Below are positions 10,982 to 20,000 of a stretch of 20,000 nt of DNA, piece by piece. Below the pieces are notes generated by a model. That model was given only the letters and a program-made list of their open reading frames with translations, was not told the DNA's origin and made no database searches. Origin of the DNA: Thraustochytrium aureum. Its lineage: Eukaryota. Position numbers and translations under genes: made by a program. How positions within the stretch are numbered: the stretch's first letter is position 1; each line of letters opens with the position of its first letter. The stretch covers positions 127,156 to 147,155 of the forward strand of contig BLSG01000423.1 of NCBI GenBank assembly GCA_012862495.1. The letters run 5' to 3'.

Positions 10982-11498
10982 TTGCGGAAAAACTCGACGT
11001 TGATGTGCCCCGCAGCTTCATAACTTGGCCAAACACGGGCATCCGGAAGAGCGACCCCATGGCCACAAACTTGGGCGCCACCGGAAACACCGAGCTCGCC
11101 ACGATCCAGCTGTCCACGTACGAGAGGTGGTTGCTGACGATGATGGCGCCCTTCGGGATTGACTTGGGCTTGCGCACGACGCTGATGTACCAGAACGGGT
11201 TGAGGTTGATGAGGATGAAAATGCTGATCTGTTGGCAGTGGCCCAGCAGCTGGTCCCGCCGCTTCGCGGGGAGCATCCAGCCCACGGTAACCATAAGGAG
11301 GCACTGAATGATGAGGACCAGGGTGTGTGAACCCCAGAACGCTACCCAAAGGTACACTGTTGCCGCGAGCCGCACGGCCGTCGTGCGAACCCGGCGCACG
11401 AGGACAATCAGGACAACCAGCAAGGCCGCGAGGGCAAGCCCAGCGGTCTCCGCAGGGTTTTCTTTCATCCATGCCTGAGCATCATCCCAGGCGCCCAT
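10982..11498 (-). CDS. 1-acyl-sn-glycerol-3-phosphate acyltransferase (PlsC/LPAAT family), 5' part; C-terminus in gap, frameshift near 11013
   Basis: ATG at 11498, then N-terminal hydrophobic helices. Catalytic motif 'IIVSNHLSYVD' (NHxxxxD), then 'KFVAMGSLFRMPVFGQVMKL' continuing in a shifted frame as 'GHINVEFFR'. Confidence 0.88.
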
Positions 11499-12159
11499 GG
11501 CTCGGGCCGACGCTCTTTCCCGCGCGCAGCAGAGCCCGTCCTCGCCCTTCGCACCGCAGCTGCGCCGCTCTGCGCCGCCCTACGCCACGCTGCGCCGCGC
11601 TGCGCTTTTGCGGGCACACTACGACCGCAACGTCTCTCGCCCCTTCGTGTGTGGCAGCCGCAGCCGAAGCGGCCTCTTCGAGCAAAACAAACAGCAGCCG
11701 CCTGCGCCAACCAACGCGCTCGACCTGCGCTGCGCGTCCCGTCGGTCTCGCCAGGCCTTCGTCGCGTCTCCGAGCCGCTTGCGCCGCGGGCAGCCTGCGT
11801 ATCTCGAGCAGTTTCCAGCTCTGCCCAGCTGGCTGGCCAGCTGTTCTTCCTGCCAGCCTGACTGCAGCAAGCCAAGGAAGGCAGGCAGGCCAAGGCCTCG
11901 ATGTGCTCCTCCCTCTCGCCGAGCACGGTATCGCGCAGGCTGTCAGGGGCCCTGAGCCGGGCAGGCGCTCAAGAGGCGCCACGATCGTTACCAGGCGCAG
12001 CGCAAACAGCCAACCACCTTTCAATCAAGTCAACGTGGACCTTGCGCGGCGCTCGACGATCGATCGACCTGGCGGCGAGCAAAGCCGCCAGCAGCCTGCC
12101 GCTGCTGGTTGAAGACGAATGAGCTGGATTGAATCGTCAGTTGCGCCGCTGCCTGGCCA

Positions 12160-12160
<1 letters not shown>

Positions 12161-12192
<32 letters not shown>
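12161..12192. repeat. (CTGG)8 microsatellite, intergenic
   Basis: Eight perfect CTGG units read directly. Confidence 0.9.
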
Positions 12193-12193
<1 letters not shown>

Positions 12194-12936
12194 CCCGCAG
12201 GCGCCTGCCCGTCGAAGAAAGTAGGAAAGGCAAGGCGCCAAGTTGGCGCCAAGGCACATTGCAAGCAGCAGTTGGCCCGACTCGGAGCCGCGTCAAGGAC
12301 ACCACGGCACAAAACGCCCGACGAGGTCTGTCGGGGTGGACAGGAATCCCCGTGAAGCGCGAGCCGCGGCCTGCGCGCTGTGCGGCGGCCCTGCCACGGC
12401 GTAGTGTGCGACTGCAGCCTGCGTCGCACACCGAGATGGGCGGAGTAACCATTTTAGTGTTCGCGACGGAAATAGAGGGCGATGGTTTCGTTAGAAGAGC
12501 GCGTTCAAGCGGGACGCCAACTCACACCAGCGTGCGGCGCGCGCGGCGCTCGATCGGTGGGTCGACCGATCGAGCTCGATGTTCGCATGCGGCACAAATG
12601 CGGCTGCGGTTCCCTCAGGCTGGTGGGCCAGGACCGTATCCTGCCCATTCTGCTGATGGCTTGGCTCGCGCCCCAGCTCTGCCAGCGTTGTTGACGCGCC
12701 ACTGGTGGAAAGGACAGGTGTGCTCAGCTGCTCTGATCGGCCTTCAAGTTGGCCGCCAATGCCGCTGCTCGTTCAAGTTTCAGGATCTACCAGCTCGTTC
12801 AGCAGCTGGTGGCCAGTGTAAGGTGTGCGGGCCGCGATGTAATAGGGGGGTGCGGCCGAATGAAAAGAGCATGGTGGGCTTTGGTGGGCTGGCTCTCTAC
12901 TCTATCTAGTAGGCTCGAGCTCTGCTGCTCCAGAGC

Positions 12937-14379
12937 TCAGCGCTTCCCTGTTGCCTCCACGGTGTCCTGGATCATATCCGACAGGTCCTCGGCACAGCGG
13001 TCCAAAATGACAATCGCCTCATCGCAAGCGCCCACAGTGAGGCGGTAAATCGCCCGCTCTAGCGCGTCGAGCACCGTGATTGGCACGATGCGCTGCTTGT
13101 CGTTGAGCGAGCTGAGAATGGTAAAGAGGGTCTTCATCCCCACCTCATCGGCGATCTCAATGAGGCGGGCATCGAGCACGGTCACGCACGACATCGGGAA
13201 GGGCGCTTGGCGCTGCTGAAAAGACCACATCAGCGTCCCGACGTAGCTTGGACGGATTTCGGGCAGATTAGTCCGCATTGCGCCCTCCAACGCCAGATCC
13301 AAAGCCCTGTCCCAGTTTTTCAGCTTGAGCACTGCAGAAACCCAGAGGATGGACTCAAAGTTCCGGCTTCCCAGGTTGTCCGACTTGAGCACATGCGTGA
13401 GCTGGTCGGTAAGCCACCTGTCTAACCGATGTTCGTAGGTGCGCCCTCTGCTAAACCTGGCAGCAGCGTTGAGCAGTGCAAGCGAGTCGTGTCTCGACAC
13501 GCTGTCCGGCGGCATCACAGAGGCGCAGCCCAGCAATCTCACAATAAACCCATTTTGTGGGCGAACGCGCATGAGACTCATGCAGCGTGCGACGTTACCG
13601 AGCTCAACGATGGTTAGCCTTGGGAGACACTGAAACAGAGCGGGTTCCACTGCGGTCCACCATCCCAGCTTGTCGAAAGTGGCTCCACGAAGCCTGGCGG
13701 TCGCCACAACCAGAGTGACAATTTCGTCTGGAGAAGTTATCGAGTCCAAAGCGACACGCTTTCCTGCTGCTGTCAAAGCTTCAATCTCGTTCTTGTCAAA
13801 TCTGTACCCTGCGGCCGCGGACAGCTGACCCATGCGGAACACGATCCACCTCTGCACGTGCCGGGGGCTGGTGTCGAGGAGGTCAATGGACTGCTTCATG
13901 AGCAGCTGGATGAACTTGTTTTCGTTCCACTTTTGCGGCAGGACATGGGTCGCGCTCGCGAGCGCCGTCAACGCGCGGGCACAATTGATTGAATCAAGCG
14001 CCGTCAACCCCGCCTGGCTCTCTCCGTCGCCGGCAAACTTCTCGATCAACGAGGTGATTTCATCAAACGTCCGCGCGTCCTTCAGCGCAGCGCCAAGACT
14101 CTTCCGAAACGAGACTTCCTTCTCGTCCGCCGCACCCGCGCCATTCCCGCGCTTCTCGTCGACGGGCGCCCCCGTGTCCTTGACCGCCGACAGCGCTTTC
14201 GGCCCGCTCAACACGCGCGCCGGCCCCTCCGTCGAGAGCGCTCGCAGCGTCTCGAGGCCGGCCCAGCCCCTTTTCAAGCTTCGCCCGCTCGCGGCGCGCA
14301 GCGGACTCGCCCCGGTCGCCGTGCGCTGGAGGACGGCGTGGGCCCGCAAACCGCGTCCGAACCTGAGCATGGCTGACAT
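12937..14379 (-). CDS. Probable mitochondrion-targeted helical-repeat protein (OPR/HPR/FASTK-like putative RNA-binding protein), about 480 aa
   Basis: Long uninterrupted ORF. From ATG 14379 the N-terminus 'MSAMLRFGRGLRAHAVLQRTATGASPLRAASGRSLKRGW...LRALST' is Arg/Ala/Ser-rich and acid-poor, like a transit peptide. Degenerate 38-42 aa units start at TSPDEIVTLV, LTIVELGNVA, VSRHDSLALL, LGSRNFESILW, IRPSYVGTLMW and VGMKTLFTIL. Confidence 0.65.
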   Translation of the reverse strand: MSAMLRFGRGLRAHAVLQRTATGASPLRAASGRSLKRGWAGLETLRALSTEGPARVLSGPKALSAVKDTGAPVDEKRGNGAGAADEKEVSFRKSLGAALKDARTFDEITSLIEKFAGDGESQAGLTALDSINCARALTALASATHVLPQKWNENKFIQLLMKQSIDLLDTSPRHVQRWIVFRMGQLSAAAGYRFDKNEIEALTAAGKRVALDSITSPDEIVTLVVATARLRGATFDKLGWWTAVEPALFQCLPRLTIVELGNVARCMSLMRVRPQNGFIVRLLGCASVMPPDSVSRHDSLALLNAAARFSRGRTYEHRLDRWLTDQLTHVLKSDNLGSRNFESILWVSAVLKLKNWDRALDLALEGAMRTNLPEIRPSYVGTLMWSFQQRQAPFPMSCVTVLDARLIEIADEVGMKTLFTILSSLNDKQRIVPITVLDALERAIYRLTVGACDEAIVILDRCAEDLSDMIQDTVEATGKR

Positions 14380-15096
14380 GTGGCTCCACGCGCCCCGGCT
14401 CGACGCGCAGCCAACGCGCCACGCCCTGACAACGTGCCCGGTTGCCCTGACACCGCCCGCTTCCGCTGCGGGACTTGGGGCGTACTGCTGCGCACTCTGG
14501 CAGGCAGACTGGCAAGCCTCGACGAGGGTCAAGCAGGTGGTATGTGCTCTGTTCGAGACTTTCGGCACACAAACCAGTCATCATCTCGGTCCTTGCGCGT
14601 CCATCATCCATCACGGTCATGCTTCATGCATTGCTCGTCCTCGGACGCGCAGGCTGGATTTGAAATGCGCGACGGGTTCGAGGTGCGCCGGGCCCTGGCC
14701 GTGCTGCTGCGCACGAGTCGGTGGGCGGCGGATGGACCGCCAAGGGATGTCGCGAATGGCGCAGCCGAGTGCGTCGAGCGCTGCCGTTGAGTTCCTGCCG
14801 GACGAGCGTGCGCGCAGGGCCAACGGCGGACGAGCATGCGCGCAGGGCCAAACGGCGGCGACGAGCTTTTTTTTCTTCTCCCGATGCTGGGCGAGGATGT
14901 CGAGCCGTCCATCCGCAGCCGTCGTCAGAGGAGCTTGTGGCTGGCGGCTGAGCGACTCGGCGCGGCGCAAGACCAGACGACGAATCAAAAGTCAAAAGGC
15001 AACCGGAACCACAAGCAAAACGATTTAGGGTACAAACAGCATCCATTTCGATTGTTCAAGAAACAACAAAAGCCCCGCCTTGGCGGGAGAGCAGGA

Positions 15097-17487
15097 CTAC
15101 GTCTTGGATGCGGTCTCGGAAGCAGAGACGGCGCCTCGCGTCAAGCTCTGCCCAACGAGCGATCCCAGGCGAGAGTTTAGCTCCAGCAGACCCATGGCGC
15201 CGCGCTTGAACAAAATCATGCTGTCCAACAACGACGCGAGCATCTTAATACTGCAGGGCTTTGGAAGAACGCCGTTAAAGTCGGCGCCGTGGACACGCTC
15301 CATCTCGCCCATGCTGCTGAGCGCAGCCGTAAAGGCCATGATCACAAGGCCGCCGCGGTGCGGCTGGGCTCGGATCAGGTTTGTCGCTTCTATGCCGTCC
15401 ATTTCTGTCATATTGATGTCCATCAAAATCAGGTCGACAAGCCTCCTGGGGTCGGCGCAGTGCTCGACAGCGCTCTCGCCGTCTTCGAGACACACGACGT
15501 CCTTGACGCCTGCCTTTCGAAGCAGCCGAAGCATCACGGCGCAGTTGACGGCATTGTCGTCAACGACGAGGACGCTGAGCTGCTCAATAGTGCAGGTCGC
15601 GTCAGCGCGACTTTGAGCCCCTCGTGCGACTCTGCTCGATGCTGCGTCGTCCGCAATGATGCCCTCGGCCGGCACTGAAACCGAAAACTGTTGCGCAAGC
15701 TGCGCCACGTTGTTGCTGTTACTGCTGCTGCAGTCGTCGCGAGACGACTCGTCGCTGGAAGATGCCGTTCCCGCGCTCTCGAAATGCTTCCACCCGGCTG
15801 TCGGCTCCAGAAAGGAGTCGAGCAGTCCGTCGACCCTGGGTGCTGCTTCGAAAGGCAACAGCGCGAAAAAGGTGGTGCCTTCGCCCTCGACGCTCTCCAC
15901 GTGTATTNNNNNNNNNNNNNNNNNNNNNNNNNNNNNNNNNNNNNNNNNNNNNNNNNNNNNNNNNNNNNNNNNNNNNNNNNNNNNNNNNNNNNNNNNNNNN
16001 NNNNNNNNNNNNNNNNNNNNNNNNNNNNNNNNNNNNNNNNNNNNNNNNNNNNNNNNNNNNNNNNNNNNNNNNNNNNNNNNACTGCTTGTGCGGATTGTTC
16101 GCCTCCTCGTGCGCGTCGCGGTCCGCGCTCACCGCGGTGCTGGTTCGCTGCCCATGCACGCTCGTGAGGAGCTCAACGGGCTCGCCTTTGCTGCTGCTAC
16201 TGCTGCTGCTGCTGCTACTGTTGCTGCTACTGCTGCTGGCACTCGCAGACCATGGCTGAGAAATCTGGACTCGCACCTCGTCGGAGCGGACGCCGGAGCG
16301 CGCCACGCCGTGCGGGGTCGGCGGCCGCGATCCTTGGTTGCCATCCTGTTCGCGAGCCTGGCGCGAGCCGCGCCTGGAGCCCTTCATCAATAGCGGTTGC
16401 TCCGCGCTGCCCTCGCCGTCGACGAAAACCCGCGCGTGAGCTAGCCCCCTCGCGGTCGAAGAAAATTCGTCCTCGAGGTTGTCCATGTCAAAGCTGGCGC
16501 CACCGCGCCTCGCGATCGAGGCGGCGTTGGGCGGTGGCGGGCTAAAGGTGTGCTCGCGAGAAGCAAAGTTTTCGAGCCAATCTGCGCGTTGTGCCGCCGA
16601 GCCGATCATCGTCAGAGAGACGGAGACCGAACCTTCCCTCGTGAATTTGACGCCGTTGCCGACTACGTTGCTCAGAAACTGAACCAGCCTGGTCGCGTCC
16701 GTGAGAACGCGGCTCGGAATACCCGGGCCGATGTGGAACCGCAAGTTCACGTTGGCGCACTTGGCCGTCCCTTCGGCGATGCTGAGCGAGCGCTCGATAG
16801 CCTCGCGCAGGCAGACCGGCTCTGTCTCGAGGGCGAACTCGGCCTTTTGGTACTTTGCAAAGTCGAGGATGTCGTTTATAATGTTGGCCAGGAGGGCGCG
16901 CGCTCGAGAGGAGCGTTCGCACCATGGAGAGTTGACCAGAGTTTAGCGGGGACGCCTCGAGCAGCTCGGCAAACCCGAGGATCGACTGCAGCGGCGTGCG
17001 CACTTCGTGCGACACGGTCGCGATAAAGTCCTGCCGCGTCTGTGCCAGCTGCTCGGCGGCTTCTTTGAGTACCTGCAATCGGATGTACTTGGCGTTCATC
17101 TCCTTGAGCAGCCGCGAGGACTCGTCCACCGCGTCCTCGAGGGCGGCCGCCTGCTCCAGCAGCATGGAGAGGTCCTTGGTGTGCTTGATTAGAACGAAAA
17201 CAGTGGTGACAGAAACCACGGCGGTGGCGCCGCAGGACGCGAGCAGGAGGTGGGGAACGCGGTAGAAGAACGAGATGAAGTGAAACATGTGCGTGAATCC
17301 GCAGCACACGATGAACAGCATAAAGCACACGCGGACGGTCTTGAACACGTCGGCGACTTCGATCCGCCTCAAAAACAAGAAGATCTGCACCGGGATCACA
17401 AAGTACGCCACCGCGATGAGAAACTCGCTCAGCATGGCAGCCGTCGACACGGCCTCCCACTCCCCATCCTCGCCCAGGAGCCCCTCG
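15097..17487 (-). CDS. Hybrid sensor histidine kinase with ETR1-type ethylene-binding domain (EBD-HisKA-HATPase_c-REC); start probably in gap 17488-17714, frameshift near 16895, gap 15908-16080
   Basis: EBD: 'SEFLIAVAYFVIP...FIVCCGFTH...TAVVSVTT'. H-box 'FIATVSHEVRTPL' (His codon 17007-17009). 'LLANIINDILDFAK' follows the shift. N-box 'DATRLVQFLSNVVGNGVKFT'. C-terminal HATPase 'IHVESVEGEGTTF'. Receiver 'VLVVDDNAVN...DLILMDINMTEMDG...MAFTA...LPKP' (Asp codon 15418-15420). Stop at 15097. Confidence 0.92.
16189..16238. repeat. Imperfect (TGC)n tract encoding poly-Ser inside the kinase HATPase insertion
   Basis: tgctgctgctactgctgctgct... translates on the minus strand as SSSSSNSSSSSSSSSS. Confidence 0.85.
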
Positions 17488-17806
17488 NNNNNNNNNNNNN
17501 NNNNNNNNNNNNNNNNNNNNNNNNNNNNNNNNNNNNNNNNNNNNNNNNNNNNNNNNNNNNNNNNNNNNNNNNNNNNNNNNNNNNNNNNNNNNNNNNNNNN
17601 NNNNNNNNNNNNNNNNNNNNNNNNNNNNNNNNNNNNNNNNNNNNNNNNNNNNNNNNNNNNNNNNNNNNNNNNNNNNNNNNNNNNNNNNNNNNNNNNNNNN
17701 NNNNNNNNNNNNNNCGGGTCTGCAGCTGGTGGCGCTGCCGCCGCCGCCCCCTTGCGCGCAGAGCAGCTCGCTGCGCTTTGGAAGCTACTAGCTCGCTTTA
17801 AACAAG

Positions 17807-19402
17807 CTATAGCTTCTCCGAAGGGAACCCGCACAAGCTAGCCTTGAGTGCGCTCGGAATGTTGAGCCTGGCGGTGGGGAACGCTACCGAAAGGCCAAGT
17901 CGGGGAAGCGCAGTCCATGCAGGTGCAGCGAAGGAGGCCTCGAGGAGCTGCAGAACATCGACTCGGATGGGACGATAACGACGCGCATCATCCGGCGATC
18001 GCCTGTAACCGGCGCCGGGTCGCTGTGTGCCGAAGTAGTCTGGCATCGCTGGTCATCAGTAGGTGGGTGGGCCCGAGTGCCGCGCCGCCTCGGGCCGCGA
18101 AGAAGGCCGTGCGAAGGCGGTGCAACGAGCTTTGTAGTGGGCTACTAGTAGGATCGGGTATCAGCGGACGTGGTCCTTGACTGACCGCCTGACGCACGAG
18201 GGAACGAAATTCCATACCCGGTTGCCCCACGAGGCACCGGGCTGCGGAGGCTTGAGTGGTACCGGTTCATCTTGTGCTGGGAGGAGGAGGGTGGAATCAG
18301 TTGGAGCCGGCCCAAACCCCCGCGCAATTGAGTGCCGATACCACGCGGTACACTTCCCCGCACTGCATCGTGCTCCAGGCACGCATTGGAATGGATTTGG
18401 CGGACGAGGGGAAGGGAGCTATTGAAGTGAGCGGCCGTTTGACCGTGGAGTCGGTGCGAAGGGCTCCACGTGAATGTTGCCAATCCTCAATCCACAACAA
18501 ACCAAGCGAGTGCTTGCAGGCCTCTGCAAGTCGCCAACGCAGCAGTCGCCGGAGTGCGTCAAGATCCTGAGCCTCGAGGGTGGGTATGTGCTCAACCATC
18601 GACGTCCGTGACCTCCTCCAGTACATCGTCAAGATCACGACCAGGCCAGAATCCTCATGTCTACGAGTTGTTGTCGTTGAAGGAGCGATCACCTCAACAG
18701 ACCACGCCGGGCCCAGCACCGCCAGCTCCGGGCCGCAGCGCTGCCTGCTTTTGTGAGACCGCCTCGAGCAAATCATCNNNNNNNNNNNNNNNNNNNNNNN
18801 NNNNNNNNNNNNNNNNNNNNNNNNNNNNNNNNNNNNNNNNNNNNNNNNNNNNNNNNNNNNNNNNNNNNNNNNNNNNNNNNNNNNNNNNNNNNNNNNNNNN
18901 NNNNNNNNNNNNNNNNNNNNNNNNNNNNNNNNNNNNNNNNNNNNNNNNNNNNNNNNNNNNNNNNNNNNNNNNNNNNNNNNNNNNNNNNNNNNNNNNNNNN
19001 NNNNNNNNNNNNNNNNNNNNNNNNNNNNNNNNNNNNNNNNNNNNNNNNNNNNNNNNNNNNNNNNNNNNNNNNNNNNNNNNNNNNNNNNNNNNNNNNNNNN
19101 NNNNNNNNNNNNNNNNNNNNNNNNNNNNNNNNNNNNNNNNNNNNNNNNNNNNNNNNNNNNNNNNNNNNNNNNNNNNNNNNNNNNNNNNNNNNNNNNNNNN
19201 NNNNNNNNNNNNNNNNNNNNNNNNNNNNNNNNNNNNNNNNNNNNNNNNNNNNNNNNNNNNNNNNNNNNNNNNNNNNNNNNNNNNNNNNNNNNNNNNNNNN
19301 NNNNNNNNNNNNNNNNNNNNNNNNNNNNNNNNNNNNNNNNNNNNNNNNNNNNNNNNNNNNNNNNCCCGCCTCGAGCACATCATCGACGCCAGAATCCTCC
19401 AT
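17807..19402 (-). CDS. Possible frameshifted protein of unknown function with a repeated acidic 'EDSG..DDVLE' motif; boundaries uncertain
   Basis: ATG at 19402 gives MEDSGVDDVLEA before the gap and DDLLEAVSQKQ after it. A third copy (EDSG / DLDDVLEEV) at about 18610-18657 differs mainly at third codon positions. Downstream is a mosaic of short ORFs with no recognisable domain. Confidence 0.3.
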
Positions 19403-20000
19403 TCGTCGATCAAAATCAATCCATGCCACCAGAACAGAACAGAGCACAAGTGTCTTTTGACGACCTTGGTCGGAGGACGAGCAGAGCAGCATCGAAGGCC
19501 GGGAAGCGCGAGGGCCTTGTCGGACCGCGGCAAGTACTCGCAGAGTGCAGGGCGGCGCGAGAAGGCCTCGCGCGCTGGGCCGCGCGAGAGGCAGGCCGGC
19601 CGGCCGGCGGCCGCGATGGACGGCCGCCGCGAGGCTGACGGTCGAGACGACGTTGACGGCGGCCATGGACGGCGCGCCGAGCTGCCGGATGCTCAGGTCC
19701 CAGGGGTGGGCGGCAGAGGCGGACGCGGAGCCACCGAGGGAGCAGCGGAGGGGGCCGCGCGCAACGCGCTTGCGCTGAAACGGTCGTGGTCGTTCTCGAG
19801 CCCGGCGCACGGCCGCGCGCCACACCTGGCCTCGTTGCACGAGGTGGGTAGAAGCGCCGGTGCGGCAGCGCGCGTAGAAGGGGTGCGTGGGGACGGGGAC
19901 GGCCCGCAGCTGGTGGCTACGCAGGCGCAAACGTTGCAGGGCGCAGGGTTTGCCTATGCGCTGTGCGACTGCGGGAAAACCGTGTTTGAACCGTCAGACG

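Larger units (their letters stand above)
389..19364. other. Seven assembly gaps: 389-589, 3551-4238, 7611-7748, 10317-10981, 15908-16080, 17488-17714, 18778-19364
   Basis: N-runs counted directly: 201, 688, 138, 665, 173, 227 and 587 nt. Confidence 0.97.

Noticed and set aside
12430..12510. AT-richer patch with a short AACCAT/ATGGTT inverted repeat as a tRNA or ncRNA
   Set aside because: No cloverleaf or other recognisable ncRNA motif, and the stem is too short to be significant.
11327..12909. Several Arg/Ala/Pro-rich ORFs between LPAAT and the helical-repeat gene
   Set aside because: Low-complexity translations spanning a microsatellite, with no domain signal. Treated as intergenic.
17715..17834. 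ORF start 'MRVPFGEAIACLK...' as the kinase N-terminus
   Set aside because: It uses a non-ATG start and is linked only through an N-gap of estimated length. The true start is unresolved.
1..20000. Prokaryotic operon, CRISPR array or transposon interpretation
   Set aside because: CFAP57 and RGS are eukaryotic markers. No repeat-spacer array, transposase or reverse transcriptase motifs, or terminal repeats were seen.

Overview
GC-rich, gene-dense eukaryotic DNA with no recognisable introns in the sequenced coding parts. It comes from a gappy, indel-prone draft assembly: 7 N-runs total 2,679 nt, and at least 6 frameshifts fall inside otherwise well-conserved genes. The gene content suggests a flagellated protist, perhaps a labyrinthulomycete/thraustochytrid-like stramenopile (inference only). 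Recognisable genes are CFAP57/WDR65 (+), a DUF1765/UPF0592 (yeast Ahk1-like) protein (-), a Rax1-like RGS plus 3-TM protein (+), a CBR1-like carbonyl reductase (-), a PlsC/LPAAT acyltransferase (-), a probably mitochondrial OPR/HPR-like helical-repeat protein (-), and a hybrid histidine kinase (-). The kinase is the most notable feature. Its sensor is an ETR1-type ethylene-binding domain joined directly to HisKA-HATPase-REC with no GAF domain, and it carries substitutions at the D25, K91 and P110 equivalents. The Rax1-like protein is also notable because it keeps canonical RGS GAP motifs. Both window ends hold poorly resolved, probably frameshifted sequence. I saw no RNA genes, mobile elements or CRISPR arrays. 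All homology calls come from motif recognition by eye, not database searches.
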